Assembly (NCBI RefSeq): GCF_006345805.1
Contig: NC_043004.1
Location: 82,894,001 to 82,958,000 of the forward strand
DNA length: 64,000 nucleotides
Origin: Octopus sinensis
Taxonomy: Eukaryota
Direction of reading: 5' to 3'
Shown here: positions 25,880-38,825 of the stretch, piece after piece
Layout of the letters: the number at the start of each line of letters is the position of its first letter
Position numbering within the stretch: the stretch's first letter is position 1
The notes under the pieces: model-generated
Told to the model about the DNA's origin: nothing
The model's input: the letters and a program-made list of their open reading frames with translations, nothing else
The model's database searches: none
Translations under genes and position numbers: made by a program

Positions 25880-27110
25880 GACCCCAGTGTTTAACTGGAC
25901 CCTGAACAATGAAGAAGTACTCAATTAAATCCATTAAATAACGTGTACAAATAGAAATAAAAAGCATACTAGAATATTTACAGCACAGAAGACTTAATAT
26001 AGGCAGTGAATAAAGATTAGGCGATCAACTGTAGAATGGCGGAGAAGGACAAGAAAGAAATTCGTAGAGAGTATGTTAAACCCATTGAAAAGAAATCTTT
26101 GGATGGTTAGTTTTAGAAAATCAATGAGGTTGTATGTGGAGAAAATATGCCTATGTCGAGACGAATTGAGCTAAATGTAAAGTGTGGAATTTTTGATGAA
26201 ACAATGGAATATATTGTTGCAGATTGTCCCCATAGTCCATCCCCTCCTCACCGTGGTGGGGCGCTGGCAACGGGTAGTGTCAGAGCTATGCCGTCGGTAC
26301 TTCGCTTCCTGGTAGAGCCACCCAAGGCAGATTGGTCTGACACCGAGTGGTATTAGGGCCACAACCCGGCAGACAAGGCTCTGGTGAAAATCTGTTTCGG
26401 CAACCGGCGGCTCCTCGGTCGTTCTGTCCCTGCGTCTGCGGACAATCTGCGGCAAAGAGGATGTCTCTACATGCGGGATTGTTGAGGACTGCTTGTGAAA
26501 TTCATATTCCCACGAAACTTCTTCCACTGTCATGGTTTGAGATACCTCGAGGGTGTAAAAAAAAGCCGACTTAACCCGCCCAGGGTGAATGTCACCACAA
26601 GCACAAGTATGTAAGTAAGTAAGATTGTCCCACTCTGGTTTAAGGAGGGTTTAAGAAAAGTAGGTATGAGAAAGTTGCGAACGTGTCGCACCGGAAGTTT
26701 CGTAAACAAATGTGGATTTAAAGCTGGAGATATTCAGCATGTGGTTGAATGAGCACCTAAGTTGGAAAAATGAAACCTTTCATAGGATTTCTTTATTGAA
26801 AGGGATAAGAAACTGGTGAATAATATACCACGCATAACAAAAATAGACAAGAAGGGGGAAGTTACTTAATAATTTATCCATCAATCCTCTTTGCTTCCAG
26901 GTTCGTTAAAAAAGAGAATGAAAAATAAAAATATTGTAGTCCCTGGGAAACAGCTGGAATTTGAAATCTGAAATCTGTAAAAGTTGCATCTGTAATATTT
27001 GGTGCATTAGGGACAAAAACGTGAAAGAAATTTGAATAGAACGTTCTGTAGTCCTTCTGCAGAAAGTTTGCCTCTTAGAGATAGGGAAGGTTAACATAAG
27101 GTAACAGTAA
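25880..27110 (+). mobile_element. Decayed R4-like LINE 3' region (zinc knuckle/RLE) interrupted by an insertion
   Basis: KCGIFDETMEYIVADCP zinc-knuckle remnant; homologous uninterrupted copy at about 33260-34230; weaker copy at about 22950-23230. Confidence 0.6.
26231..26621 (+). mobile_element. 391-bp GC-rich retroposed element with (TAAG)n tail and 10-bp TSD
   Basis: TSD AGATTGTCCC at 26221-26230 and 26622-26631; tail gtaagtaagtaag. Confidence 0.8.
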
Positions 27111-27329
27111 AGTATAAACATTTTTTTTTTACAACAAACGATTTAAATAATTCCCTCGAGCATTAATATAGAAATCTGCATGATAATATTCACACACATT
27201 CTTAGTCTAATAGTTTAAAGTGGCTGTATATTTACTGTTATTTTCATTATTTTTTCTATTCTGGATTCAAGGCCCGGAATTTTGGGAAAGGGAGTGAAAG
27301 TTATGTCTCCCAAATGATTCTGTAAACTA

Positions 27330-28323
27330 CGAAACAAATGATATTCTGAAGGAACAAGGTCGGAAAAATAAGGCGGGTGAGGCATTTTTCCTAAACAAGC
27401 TCTTCAATCTTCAGTGATGTGATCTGTGCAGTGTGGGGTTGCGCATTGTCCTGATGAAACATGATTCCTTTTCGATTCACTAAAGCGGGTTTTTTTCTTC
27501 AAAGCTTGGTTCAGTAGACTTGAGCATTGATTGTTGCATTAGGTGGTAACAAATTGAATTACACCTTTGCAATCCCACTAGATAGAGAGAAGAACCTTTT
27601 TTCCTATGATGTTCCCTTCTCGGTTGTGGTTGAGTTTTTCCCCTTTTACCAAGCCACTGTTTACGACGTTTAGTATTTCGATAGACGATCCACATTTCGT
27701 CACCGGTCACAAGTCTATTTAAAAAGAGTGAAATGAGTTCGCAAGAATGGAGAGAAAAGCAGATGTCAACACGGAATTTGCAATTGCTTTTGGACAATTC
27801 ATGAGGCATCTATCTTCTAAGTGTAGGAAACTTTCCAAGTTGTTGAAAATGACGATGAATAGTTGTATCGTTTGAACTAAGATTTATTGCCAATTCTTCA
27901 ACTGATAACACAAGATGTTTTTGAAGTAATGCCTCAAGGAGCTTATCATCAAACTCAACTGGACGTCCTGTTCGATCTTTATCTGCAAGGCTGATATCTC
28001 CATTTCTGAATTTTGCAAGCCATCTTCTGCAAGTTCTCTCATTCAAGCATTCTATGTTTCTAGTCGCTTCGGCTGCAGATTCCCATTTTGTACTCATAAA
28101 GCATTTTCTGTCTCAAATGCTCTTTGGATACTTCCATGTTAGAAAGGGTTTTAATCAAAGAAATTTTAATTCTATTATTCTGTAAAATAATATTTAATTA
28201 ATTTAAATGTACACAAATGCATAAAAATATTTTTAAAATTCCATTAGACATTCTAAAATACTATTAAATTTTATTCATTTTTAAAAAAGGTAAAATCGGA
28301 CAGAATTTATGGGTTGACCTGTA
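27330..28323 (-). mobile_element. Degenerate mariner transposon (one TIR retained)
   Basis: AAEATRNI...RRWLAKFRNGDISLADKDRTGRP, PHELS, LVTGDEMWIVYRN; TIR-like tttatgggttgacctgta at about 28306-28323. Confidence 0.85.
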
Positions 28324-28369
28324 AATTATTATGATGTTTTCAAATTTTGGCAATGGGCCAGTTATTTAG

Positions 28370-28950
28370 ATGAGTGGAGCGAATTGATTATCTGCCAATA
28401 CTCAACTGGTACTTAGTTTTACAAACATCAATCGCTAAGTCTACCTCAGCAAAATTTGAACTCAGAACGTCAAGATGGACAAAATGCCGCTATAGATGGC
28501 GTCCGCCGTGCTTACGATTCTACCAGTTTGCCACCTTAATTTTATTTATTTTCTACTCTAACGTTTGGGTGAGGGGGCCAGTTGATTAGATTGACCCTAG
28601 TATGCAACTGGTACTTAATTTATCGACCCCAAAAGGATGAAAGCCAAAATCGACCCTGGCGGAATTTGAACCCAGAACGTAATACAGCCGAAATACTGCT
28701 AAGCATTTCGCCCGGTGTGCTCACGTTTCTTATTTCTTTACTGCCCACAAGGGGCTACACACAGAGAGGACAAACGGATGAAGTCGATGACATCGACTCC
28801 AGTGCGTAATTGGTACTTATTTAATCGACCCCGAAAGGATGAAAGGCAAAGTTGACCTCAGCGGAATTTGAACTCAGAACGTAACGGCAGACGAAAAACC
28901 GCTAAGCATTTCGCCCGGCGTGCTAACGTTTCTGCCAGCTCGCCACCCTT
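28370..28950 (-). mobile_element. Cluster of OR2-like SINE fragments
   Basis: Same blocks as 735-1262. Confidence 0.78.
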
Positions 28951-29764
28951 GGCTTTGCAACTGCATGATTTCGAATTGAATCCCAGATCTTGTGCCGTTC
29001 GGCGAGTGAATTTTCTTGTAGAATTGGACGACCATTGCTTTCTACAGAAAAAAATGTATGGATGTTTGTTGCACATTTATAAGTGTGAGTCCTTTTATGT
29101 GCGTCTTTATGTATGGATAGGTGTGTGCCTGAGCATGTGTGTGTTTGTGTGTGTATGTGTGTGAGTATGTGTGTGTTTGTGTCTGTGTGCGTTTGTGAGT
29201 GTAGGCACACCGTTGTTCGTGTTCCCAGCGTTTCAACAACTGGCCATATGTTCTATCAATCTAAGTGAATTAGCGTTAATGCAAAGAAAGAAAATAAACC
29301 CCAGTTTTCGGCTCCGTTTGTTGCGGTAATAGCCGATCTTAAGAATCGTGCACCTTCATGACCCTGGTGCAATGACTGATACGAGAAATAAAAAAAATAA
29401 CAGATATTCTATGGCGAACGCTGTAGTACCTGTGTTAAAGCAAATTGCTTTAGCTGAACAAATGTCAAAATGTTACTATTATTCTAAATTACATCTAAAT
29501 TATAATTCGTTTCCGGTAAAACCTCTTGAAAATTGAAATCTTGTTAACCCTCTTCACTATAGGAGAATTTTCACGGTGCTCATTTTCTTCTACTGCCATA
29601 ATATCTACAATTTTTCTCTATTTTTAAGCAAATAGTTAAGCGAATAAATTTATATTTACAGTTCAGGAAAAAACTATGTTAATTATGACGTATAAAGATG
29701 AAGTCAAACGCGAAGTTGCATTTAATACTGTCGGAAGAATAAGATTAACAATTCGAATACTTAC

Positions 29765-30847
29765 ACTAAAATTTAGCTGTAGTCCTTTATATGTATACAG
29801 CACGAATGCTAGTGCTGTTAGTACTCCGCACACAATTTGCAATATGTAGCCATTTCCTGTGACTAAGTTATTTGCTACTGCATATAGTATAACACAACAG
29901 ATTATAAGGAATGAGAATATTGAAATAGCGGCTCCGCCTTGAAATACACCATTCATATATTTCAGCAAATTGCGAAGTCTTCCATGCTGGTTAATAATCT
30001 CATATAGGATTTTACTACAATGACCACGTGTAACAAATATTCCTGTGTGTTCCCGGTTCATTTTGTGCATGACATTTTCAAGTTTATCCGACAAACGTTT
30101 AAATTCATTTATCATAAGTAATATTACTATAAAGAACATTGTATTGTTTAGCATCGTCAGGAGATGAACTAATAAATGTGTTATGAAATTTATTGCCAAA
30201 ATACATTCAAATAACTCGCTCTTACGTGTTAATGGGAAACCCAACACATCAAGAAAATATTCCGGTTCTTTTAAAACAATTGGCAACAAAATTTGAACTG
30301 TAAAACACATTACGACACCTAAAAATGTATGGAATTTGATTTGAAACATTCCCATTTTATTATATTTAGCCATATGTTTATCACTTTGGTTTACTGGAAT
30401 ATAACTACGAAATTCTCGTAGAAACTGAATGATAAATTGTCTGTTCCAAAGTATATTTACTGCAAGCATACTTGGAAGTGTCTTCACGAATAGAAGGGAA
30501 CTTTTTGCCAACAGAGGCCCAGTATTCTCACTGGTGTATTTTGCTACAATAAACCATGGCAAACGAATAAACTCAATAATAAACACGAAATACAATAGAA
30601 GAAGTAAACAATACAAAATGCGTTTTTTTAATCCAGACGATTTCCATGCGTCGATATTCATTTTAGAAGGAAACCTAAGAAATATTGAAAGCTGTTCAAC
30701 TTTATCCACAAAGATATTTAGAGTCGTCAGTTTAATAGGCTTTGATTTGTAGTCTTCCATATTTATATTAAATGGATTAAATATATCAACAACAGCGTGA
30801 GATGGTTCCATATTTGTAAGAACAGTTGGTAAAGAGAGCAACGGCAT
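29765..30847 (-). CDS. GR/OR-like receptor exon 4: N-terminus + TM1-TM6, 361 codons
   Basis: First real ATG at 30847 (MPLLSL...; the track start is TTG); intact; closest paralog of exon 3 (LSIFLRFPSKMNI, PVNQSDKHMAKYNK, LPIVLKEPEYF); AGT|GTAAGT donor at 29765/29764. Confidence 0.87.
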
Positions 30848-30977
30848 TTTACGTCTGTATATATATAAAGTAATTTCTATGCGCACGCTCAAGCTGGTAA
30901 AGCACTCTGTTCCCTATCATTACAATTCTTTACTTATCTATATCTACATCTATCTATTTATCTATCTATCTACCCAT

Positions 30978-31064
<87 letters not shown>

Positions 31065-31292
31065 CGTGAGAGGAAGAGAGAAAGAGAGCGAGGGAAAGAT
31101 GAATATAAATAGATGGAAACTAGTTATACTACTAAATTTAATTTAACCCTGCCCACTGTGTAAATAAGCTCTTGCATTTACTTTCTATGTTAATAAATTA
31201 GCCATTACTAAGAAAATAACTTTTCAATGATAATGTTAATTCCTATTGGTTATGTTCAGATTGTTGCCGAATCAAGATTCTGTAATGTGATA

Positions 31293-31445
31293 TCTTACTA
31301 ATAGATGCAAATAAAAGTAATTAATAGCTCGATTTTGTGTAAAACGCCAATGGTACCAGATTGGTTTCCTCATTAGATCATTGGAAAAAAAAAATACCTC
31401 GCATTATTTGTCTCCACGTAGTACGCTCCAGGAATATCCAGCACA
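31293..31445 (-). promoter_or_regulatory. Conserved non-coding block upstream of exon 4 (candidate promoter)
   Basis: Homologous to 20681-20826; retains gattggttt (CCAAT on the minus strand). Confidence 0.5.
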
Positions 31446-32379
31446 TTTTCATAATTTGTCTTTCATAACAATAGGGTTGCGTTCTAGTAAGGCACTTTAA
31501 TGTTCGTTACTGGTTTTAGCTACCCTTTCAGATCGTATGCTTTAGTGTCTGATCTAGAAACATATTCGATACATGTCATTTGGCCATCAAAACAAAAAGT
31601 GAGTCATACTAATTATTATATCAGGATTTAGCTATAAAATATGTGTATGACTTCAAATGCGTACAAATAACCAAATGACATGATCATTGCTTGGGCGCCG
31701 TCTTGGTTGAATGTTTAGATTTCTGCTACGGTTATACGATTATATTACCAAATATCAGTGATATTCTGCGGCTTCAAATTCTGCCTATTTTATAGCGTCT
31801 AATATTAAAATACATTTTTCATCAGGAACGCACTAAGTACTCTTTTTCTTAATAATGTGATGGAAACGGCAAAACGTGGTCGACTGCTTTGTTTTTGCTT
31901 TTAATAGATAAGTAAATTTTATGCAAATTGACTATTTTTTTCATTCCGTCGTGATATTTAATGTATTGGCGCACACACAGACACATTACCGGCTAAATGA
32001 TACACTTTCACGTCAATACCGAACATGAGCTTATTAACATCAATGAATATATCTCATTCTTCTAATGGAAGATAACTGCCAATTGGGTGTAGGTACTGAA
32101 CGAAAAAGTGACATCCATATATGATTGTGTGTATGTACGTATGTTTGTATGTATGTACGAGTACGCAGAAATTCCAAGATCATGTCCGGCGTGCTGGAAG
32201 ACCCCTCAGCTTCTGTTAAGCATGTCTCTAGGAGAAGGTCACTCAAGATATAAAACCAGGTACGCAGAGAATGGCATTGGATACATGGTGATCTTCGTTT
32301 TGTGCACCCGTATCCCTGAGCCCCCGATTCATATTGGCACCAGACAGATATCTCGCTCTGGCCTGTCTCTAGATAATTT

Positions 32380-33125
32380 CAATAGAGTGGAGAGGGTCTC
32401 TAAGATATCGTGCAAGCCTTATTGGACCTCGAGAAGTAAGTGGAACAAATAGGGGCTGCAAAATGGGGGAGCACTTGCAGAAAGCAGCACTGCTTGGAAC
32501 CGCTCGAATACTCCGGAAGGTGCTCGAAAAATGAGAGGTGTTATCTTAGTTCACAATAGTAATAATAAATACTGATGCAGTACCAGACAGTGGCTGTCGT
32601 GGCTTCTGATCTTAACTGATTGGAAGTGTTATCATGTACTTGGTTTTGACTTGGTATAAAAGATGGGCTACAGCAAATATTCTGCTCTATACCACAGATT
32701 TGATATTCGGTTGTTTGACCTTAACCAGTTGAGCCTGTCCCTTAATGGCTGACGATATGCGCTTCTCTGATCATGAGCAGAAGCATTTGGGGAGCATCAT
32801 AGCCGTGTGTTGAAAGGAATTCTTAGAGGTTTGGATAATTCACTTTTGGAAACATGGATGGTTCGTTCAACATCCTTAAACAATCCTTATTCAAGGATCT
32901 CTTGAGCGGGATGGGTTACTCTACCAGAAGAAAATTCCAACTGTCCCCCCACCTGCAAGATCATGCGCTGTTTATCTTGATATGAGATCATCATGTCACG
33001 TACATATGGTTGTGATGCATGTGTCTAGTATACCGTTATCAGACGGGTAGTCCTGATGGGTATACTGGGCTTCGTATACTTTACTCTAGTGCCACTTTGA
33101 TGACATGCACTGCTCTCTCACTCAA
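32380..33125 (+). mobile_element. R4-like LINE 3' tip (as 55300-55475) followed by an AAT-flanked ~560-bp element (32570-33125)
   Basis: LQKAALLGTARILRKVL-type terminus, short AAT spacer, then a full element copy and (AAT)n. Confidence 0.72.
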
Positions 33126-33197
<72 letters not shown>

Positions 33198-33259
33198 TGA
33201 TTGCAAATTTTGGCACAAGACTAGTAAGTTCGGCTGAAGTTTAAGTCGAGTATATGGAC

Positions 33260-34230
33260 ACCAGTTTCAATTGGTACCTGAACAGAAAAGGTACTTAGTT
33301 GAATTAATTGAACAATTGTACAAATGTGTACAAATGGAAAGGAAAAAAATATTCTAGAATATTTACAACACGGCATAGAGATATTATTAAAAGCAATGAA
33401 TAAAGAACTGATGATCAAGTTTGGAATGGGAGAAAAGAACAAGAATGACATTCAAAGGGAGCATGTTATACAGATTGAAGGGAAATCTTTGCATGTTCAG
33501 TTTTGGAAAACCAGTGAGGAAGTTCGTGAAACACAATATTTTGACTTAAAGGAAAAACGGGACAAATAAAATAGAAACAGTGAACATTTATTATAGCAGA
33601 TCAATAACAAGCGATAAAAATTAAGAACATGAGAAAATATGTGTAAGGGATAAACGTAAAGTGTGGAAATTTCTATGAAACAATGGAATATATTGTTACA
33701 GATTGTGCCGCGTTGGCTCAGGGACAATACATGAAAAGAAGTCATGAACAAGTTGTGAACGTATCGCACTGGAGGCATAGTAAACAGATGGAGATTTGAG
33801 GCTGGAGGTACTTGGTATAACCATAAAGCTGAAAGTGAGCCTATGGCGGAAAAACGCAGCATTTTATGGGATCTCTCGATTCCAAAGCAGAAGAAGCAAG
33901 GAAACAATAAACCAGACCTAATAAAAGACAAGGAAAAAGAAGATTCTTAATGATTGACCCATAAGTTCCCCTTGATTTTAGGATTGTAAAAAATAAAATT
34001 TAAAATTAAAAAGATTTAAAACTTTAAAATTGGAAACCGAGACAATATGGAGTATTAAATCTGTATATGTTGTCCGTTTAATGTTTGGTGCGTTAGGTGC
34101 TGTGAGTTATGAGGTAGAGAAATACCTAAAGGAAATTTGAATAGAATGTTCTGTACAACTTTTGCAGAATGTCTGACTCTTCGAGAAAGAGAAGATTAAC
34201 AGAAGGGATCAGACATTAATTAGCAGGAAA
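33260..34230 (+). mobile_element. Decayed R4-like LINE 3' region
   Basis: ETMEYIVTDCAALAQGQYMKR.HEQVV, ILWDLSI, KPDLI remnants (CCHC + RLE). Confidence 0.6.
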
Positions 34231-34449
34231 AAATGTAAATTTAATTTTACAACTAAACCTTTAACTAATTCCCTCGCACATTAATGTAGAATTATTGAGG
34301 CAAGTATTAGCAGTCCAATATCTTTTACGAGAAAACACTTAAATCATTCCCTCCATCATTAACTATGCGAAGAAATCTATATAACATCCGCGCACCTTCC
34401 TATTCCAATAGTTTACACAGGATGCATATTTAAAGTAATGTTGATTATT

Positions 34450-34763
34450 CTTTATTTATTTATGCGCCCTATTCAAGCCTAGCCACGCTCATGTGCCCGG
34501 GTTCCCGGTTTCTGTGGCGTGTATGTTTTCCGCAGCTGGACGGGACACCAGTCCATCGCGGCGTTACTCAAGAAACAGGAAGAAAGAGTGAGAGAAGATC
34601 GGGTTGAAAGAGTACAACAGGAGTCACCACTACCCCCTGCCGGGGCATCGTAGAGCTTTAGGTGTTTTCGCTCAATAAACCCACACAACACGCGGGTGGG
34701 AATCGAAACCGCGATCCTCCGACCGCGAGTCCACTGCCCTAACCACTGGGCCATTGCGCCTCC
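34450..34763 (-). mobile_element. Full-length tRNA-derived SINE with 13-bp TSD
   Basis: A-box TGGCCCAGTGG, B-box-like GGTTTCGATTCC, A-rich tail; TSD AATGTTGATTATT at 34437-34449 and 34764-34776. Confidence 0.88.
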
Positions 34764-35164
34764 AATGTTGATTATTAATTATCTTTTTTACTTGGATTGT
34801 AGAAAACCACCTTTCCTCGTTTATCTTCTATATCTATTTGATGTAAGGTAGATATCCCTTATGAAGTCCTTTTATTTTATACATCCGTTGAGTTATCTAT
34901 CCTATTTCATATTCATTTAAAATTTTATAATTTTTAATTTTCTTATTTATTTTTGCTTTCTTCTTTTTCTTTGGTGCTGGGAGTATCTTCATTACTCAGC
35001 ACTTGAGAAATTTACATTAACGCACTATTTAAAAAACATATTAATGTTCTGATTACAGCTATAATACTGGTAGCAAATCCTTTAATTTACATTCACATGT
35101 ACCCTTATTTTATTGCTAGTTTACCTGTTATGGTTTATTTACTTATAATCTCTGATTATTAGTT

Positions 35165-35620
35165 CTAAATATTTCTGTTAGCTGCATTGAACGTATACGA
35201 ATACGTGGCAATTGCTTGTGATTGACATCGATAATTTCGGTTTAATATAATTAGCAATGCCATAGCTGACATTTGGTTTCTGTATTTGTAATCTCGTTCC
35301 ATAACATATTTTTCTAAACGGCAAAAGCGTGCTTCAGATCCTAACACAGTTTCATGAAATATTGTAGCAACCGCCAAAAGCTGGCTCGAAATATAAAGTG
35401 GTTTTGATATCAAATTTCTTTACTGCATTTCAGTACACTCCAGAGAAGGAAAGGTTAAGTTTTCCCGATAGAAACAGGCAACATAATTCTCTAAAACTGC
35501 CATAATGACAGAATTTCTTCCTCCTTCTTCTCTTTTCTTCATTCTCTTTAGCAGGCGATTTCTTTTGGCTCTTTGAAGGATATCATTGCAACGTTTATTC
35601 CGTATATTTTAAATTGATGC
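35165..35620 (-). mobile_element. Possible degenerate hAT transposase C-terminal dimerisation domain
   Basis: About 155-codon minus frame with one stop: FPSL...LLAVATIFHETVLGSEARFCRL...RNQMSAMALL, loosely like the hAT LxIPxTS.xxER.FS...RL..L.LL motif. Confidence 0.3.
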
Positions 35621-35759
35621 ATTGATAATATTGAGCCATAAATGCACCTATATGCATATGGGGAAAAACTGTATGCCTATAATAAATAGACGTTTAAAAC
35701 CATTAGTTATGTCTATTTCATATATATACATATATATATCTTCAAACTGTAAATTTTAA

Positions 35760-36900
35760 TATTGTATAAGTCTTTGGTGTAATAATATCTTCCTTATGTA
35801 AATATCGTTGTTTATGTAATGATCTAATTATCGTAATTTTCTATATTATTAGATATTAAATTTAAGTTTATTCGTAAGATACTACTTAGCGATAGATTTG
35901 TTATTTGATAGCAAGCATACGAGGTGTATTAAGTTAGGCTCTTGTATATACATGTTTTAATAGTATTAATTGTAGTTTAAATTTATAATCAAATTAGATA
36001 AACTTTGATAAACTTAGATATGTTTCGATTAAAGATTGGTCTAGGCCATGTCTAATTTAATAGCATAACTTAGTTATTTCTTTAAATTGATATTCGCTAG
36101 TTATTCCCATTGATAAATATATCTATAGTATTTATAGTATTTATTCGATACTATATTACTACGAATTGATTATTTCTATAAGTATTTTACATAAGATTTC
36201 CGAAAGTTCGTTTAAGTTGGTTTATTTGTATTTTGAAATTAGCTATTTCATCTTTAAATATGAAAAGTTAATTTATTAGGTTTTTATTTTATTATATGTG
36301 CATATATATTTATAGAGATTATTTTAGATCTTAATATTTATATACATTTATATATTTTCATTGATAATTTATATATATTAGTCATTTTTAAATATTTATG
36401 TAATTAGCTATAGACTAATACCAATATTAGATTATTGGTGGGTTTCCTATTTAACATTATAGTCGATTTTGATATAATCATAATTGTTTAGTTTTATGTT
36501 TCTGGTTTCATAATAGAGTTTATTATAAGTAAAATTATTATATTATTTATATCGTAAAAATATTGTTTAAATATTTCTGATTATATTTTAGATATTTCAA
36601 TTAACCTGAAGATTGACTGTAACCATAACTCGAATTATTACGAATTGTACAGCCATGAAACGATCGTAGTGTTTTACTCTTTATCTTTTATTAAACTTTT
36701 AATACTTTTGATATATATTTAAAATAATATAAATTAATTAATTTTATGTATTGGCTTCTGTTTTTCATTGTTTGATTTGCCTAATAGTGGTTTTATCTCT
36801 AATTTAATATAATATAATATAATATATTTATACTATAAAATTGGATTTAATCCTAAATCTGATTTTTCCCTGTAAGTTTGGATTTATTCCCTAATATTTT
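35760..36900 (-). mobile_element. Very AT-rich, probable Penelope-like RT relic with a hammerhead-like motif on the opposite strand
   Basis: Scattered remnants (MG..LANI; NNDIYIRKILL) on the minus strand; hammerhead core at 36606-36668 on the plus strand. Confidence 0.35.
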
Positions 36901-36929
36901 ATTACATATATATATATATATATAATATA

Positions 36930-36989
<60 letters not shown>

Positions 36990-36991
<2 letters not shown>

Positions 36992-37290
36992 ACGAGTGTG
37001 GCTCAAAAATTATAGGCATTTTTTAAACTTTATTTACACAAGAGATAAGCAAGTACCTCATTTTCCTATATAGTCTCCTTTATTTTCGATGTACTTTGTA
37101 CGACCATCCACGAGCGGTCCCCGTATTCTGCCAAAAGCCTCCATTGAATTTCAGTACCTGACACACATTCCGACTAGAGGAATAGGTTCGCAGTTCTTTG
37201 CTCTTCTTTGGTAAATACTGCTGCTGGAGCGGTCATGCTTTACGTTGTAAAACTAGAAAAGGCGCGATCAGCTCAAATTTCTGATCACAT
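36990..37290 (-). mobile_element. Mariner 3' end with TIR next to (TA)n
   Basis: Minus-strand VDGRTKYIENKGDYIG resembles the mariner C-terminal RW.KCI...GDY; tacgagtgtggctcaaaa TIR-like end. Confidence 0.55.
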
Positions 37291-37324
37291 ATCCATCCCA
37301 CATATACATGCATACATACATATT

Positions 37325-37391
<67 letters not shown>

Positions 37392-37410
37392 GTATATATA
37401 TATATAATAT

Positions 37411-37463
<53 letters not shown>

Positions 37464-38794
37464 CTGCTGTCCGTAAATATGTGCATGTAATTTTAATTAT
37501 GAAGATATTTTCAAATTTTTGTGTAAGACCTGTTATTTCAACTCTAAAACTCAACTGGTACTTATTTTATCCATACCGTAAGGATGAAATGCAAAGTCGA
37601 CCTCAGCGATATTTAAAATTTAAGATGGACTAAATGCCGCTAAGGATTTCGTCTACCAGTTCACCGCCTTAACTATAAATAAAAGGATAAACTACTTACT
37701 GTATGTAAGCAGTTAGCCTTGAACTTGCATGACTTGCACAACAAGATATAGCAACATGTGCCAAAGATCGTTTGAAATTTGATATGAAATATTCAATATT
37801 AGTTATATCGTGTCATATATGTGGTGCTTTGATTTAATGAAATATAACTACCAAATTATTATAGAAACTAATTGGCATCAGGCTTAGTCCAAACTAAATT
37901 TATTGCACACATAACAGTGAGCACCTTTACCGACAAATCAGAACTTTTCGCCTATAGAAGCGCAGAGCCTTTAATAGAATAATTTGTTAATATAAACCAT
38001 GGGAGGTATACTCTTTCAATGGTAAAAAATAAAATAAATGAGGAGGACACAGAAAAGTAATCGGTTGTTCAAACCAGACAAGTGACAACTTCCTATAGTA
38101 ATTTCAGGAGAAACATTGTACAGAATCGAAAGCTGTCAAATTATCTTTAGGGATGAATTAAGAATACTATCGTTCATTGAATATGACTTGTATTTCTCGA
38201 TATTTATATAAACCAAATGATAGTTGTCGATAATATTATGTGATTATTCTCAATTTGAAAGAAACTTTAGGACGTTGGTAAATATTCCAAGGCCATTAGA
38301 CTTTTATGTATGCACAAGTTCTGTTAATTGCACACTTCTGTAGATATAGCTTTGTTTAATGCTTGATTAGATAATTGCAAGCAGATTACTCATTACATCA
38401 GGCAACACTAATAGGAGTATATATACTAAGTGATTAATTGTTAACTTTCCTCGCAGCAGTTTATAACATCGCCCATTTGGTACACATACTAAAGCGTTAG
38501 TTAGTAATTAAATAATACATTACTGAAATTACGTTTAATATAATTAGCTCCTAATCAGATGAGTTACTATGAGTGTGACCATGTTTTCGTTATACAATAT
38601 GAAGGTGTTACTCCTACAAGAAGGAAGACCACTTACCAAGTTTTGTTAACTAATTGCTTCTGTCTAAAGCAAAAGTGGAAAAAATGCATAGACATATAAT
38701 TACTTGGATATGCACACTCACACACATGCATATATATAATTTCCACACAAACACACACACACATGCACACACACAAACGCACGCACATACACAC

Positions 38795-38825
<31 letters not shown>

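Noticed and set aside
29200-29395. Candidate small exons after the exon 4 donor (IDRTYGQLLKRWEHEQR; SLHQGHEG...FFALTLIHLD*)
   Set aside because: No counterpart behind exon 3, its closest paralog; no TM7 motif; one runs into a microsatellite.
34680-34763. tRNA-like sequences (also 1330-1405, 40810-40890, 55840-55917)
   Set aside because: They are SINE heads continuing into SINE bodies and tails, with a TSD in one case, not tRNA genes.
35640-36900. Very AT-rich tract initially suspected to be a NUMT
   Set aside because: No recognisable mitochondrial gene or tRNA; the hammerhead core and RT-like remnants fit a Penelope relic better.
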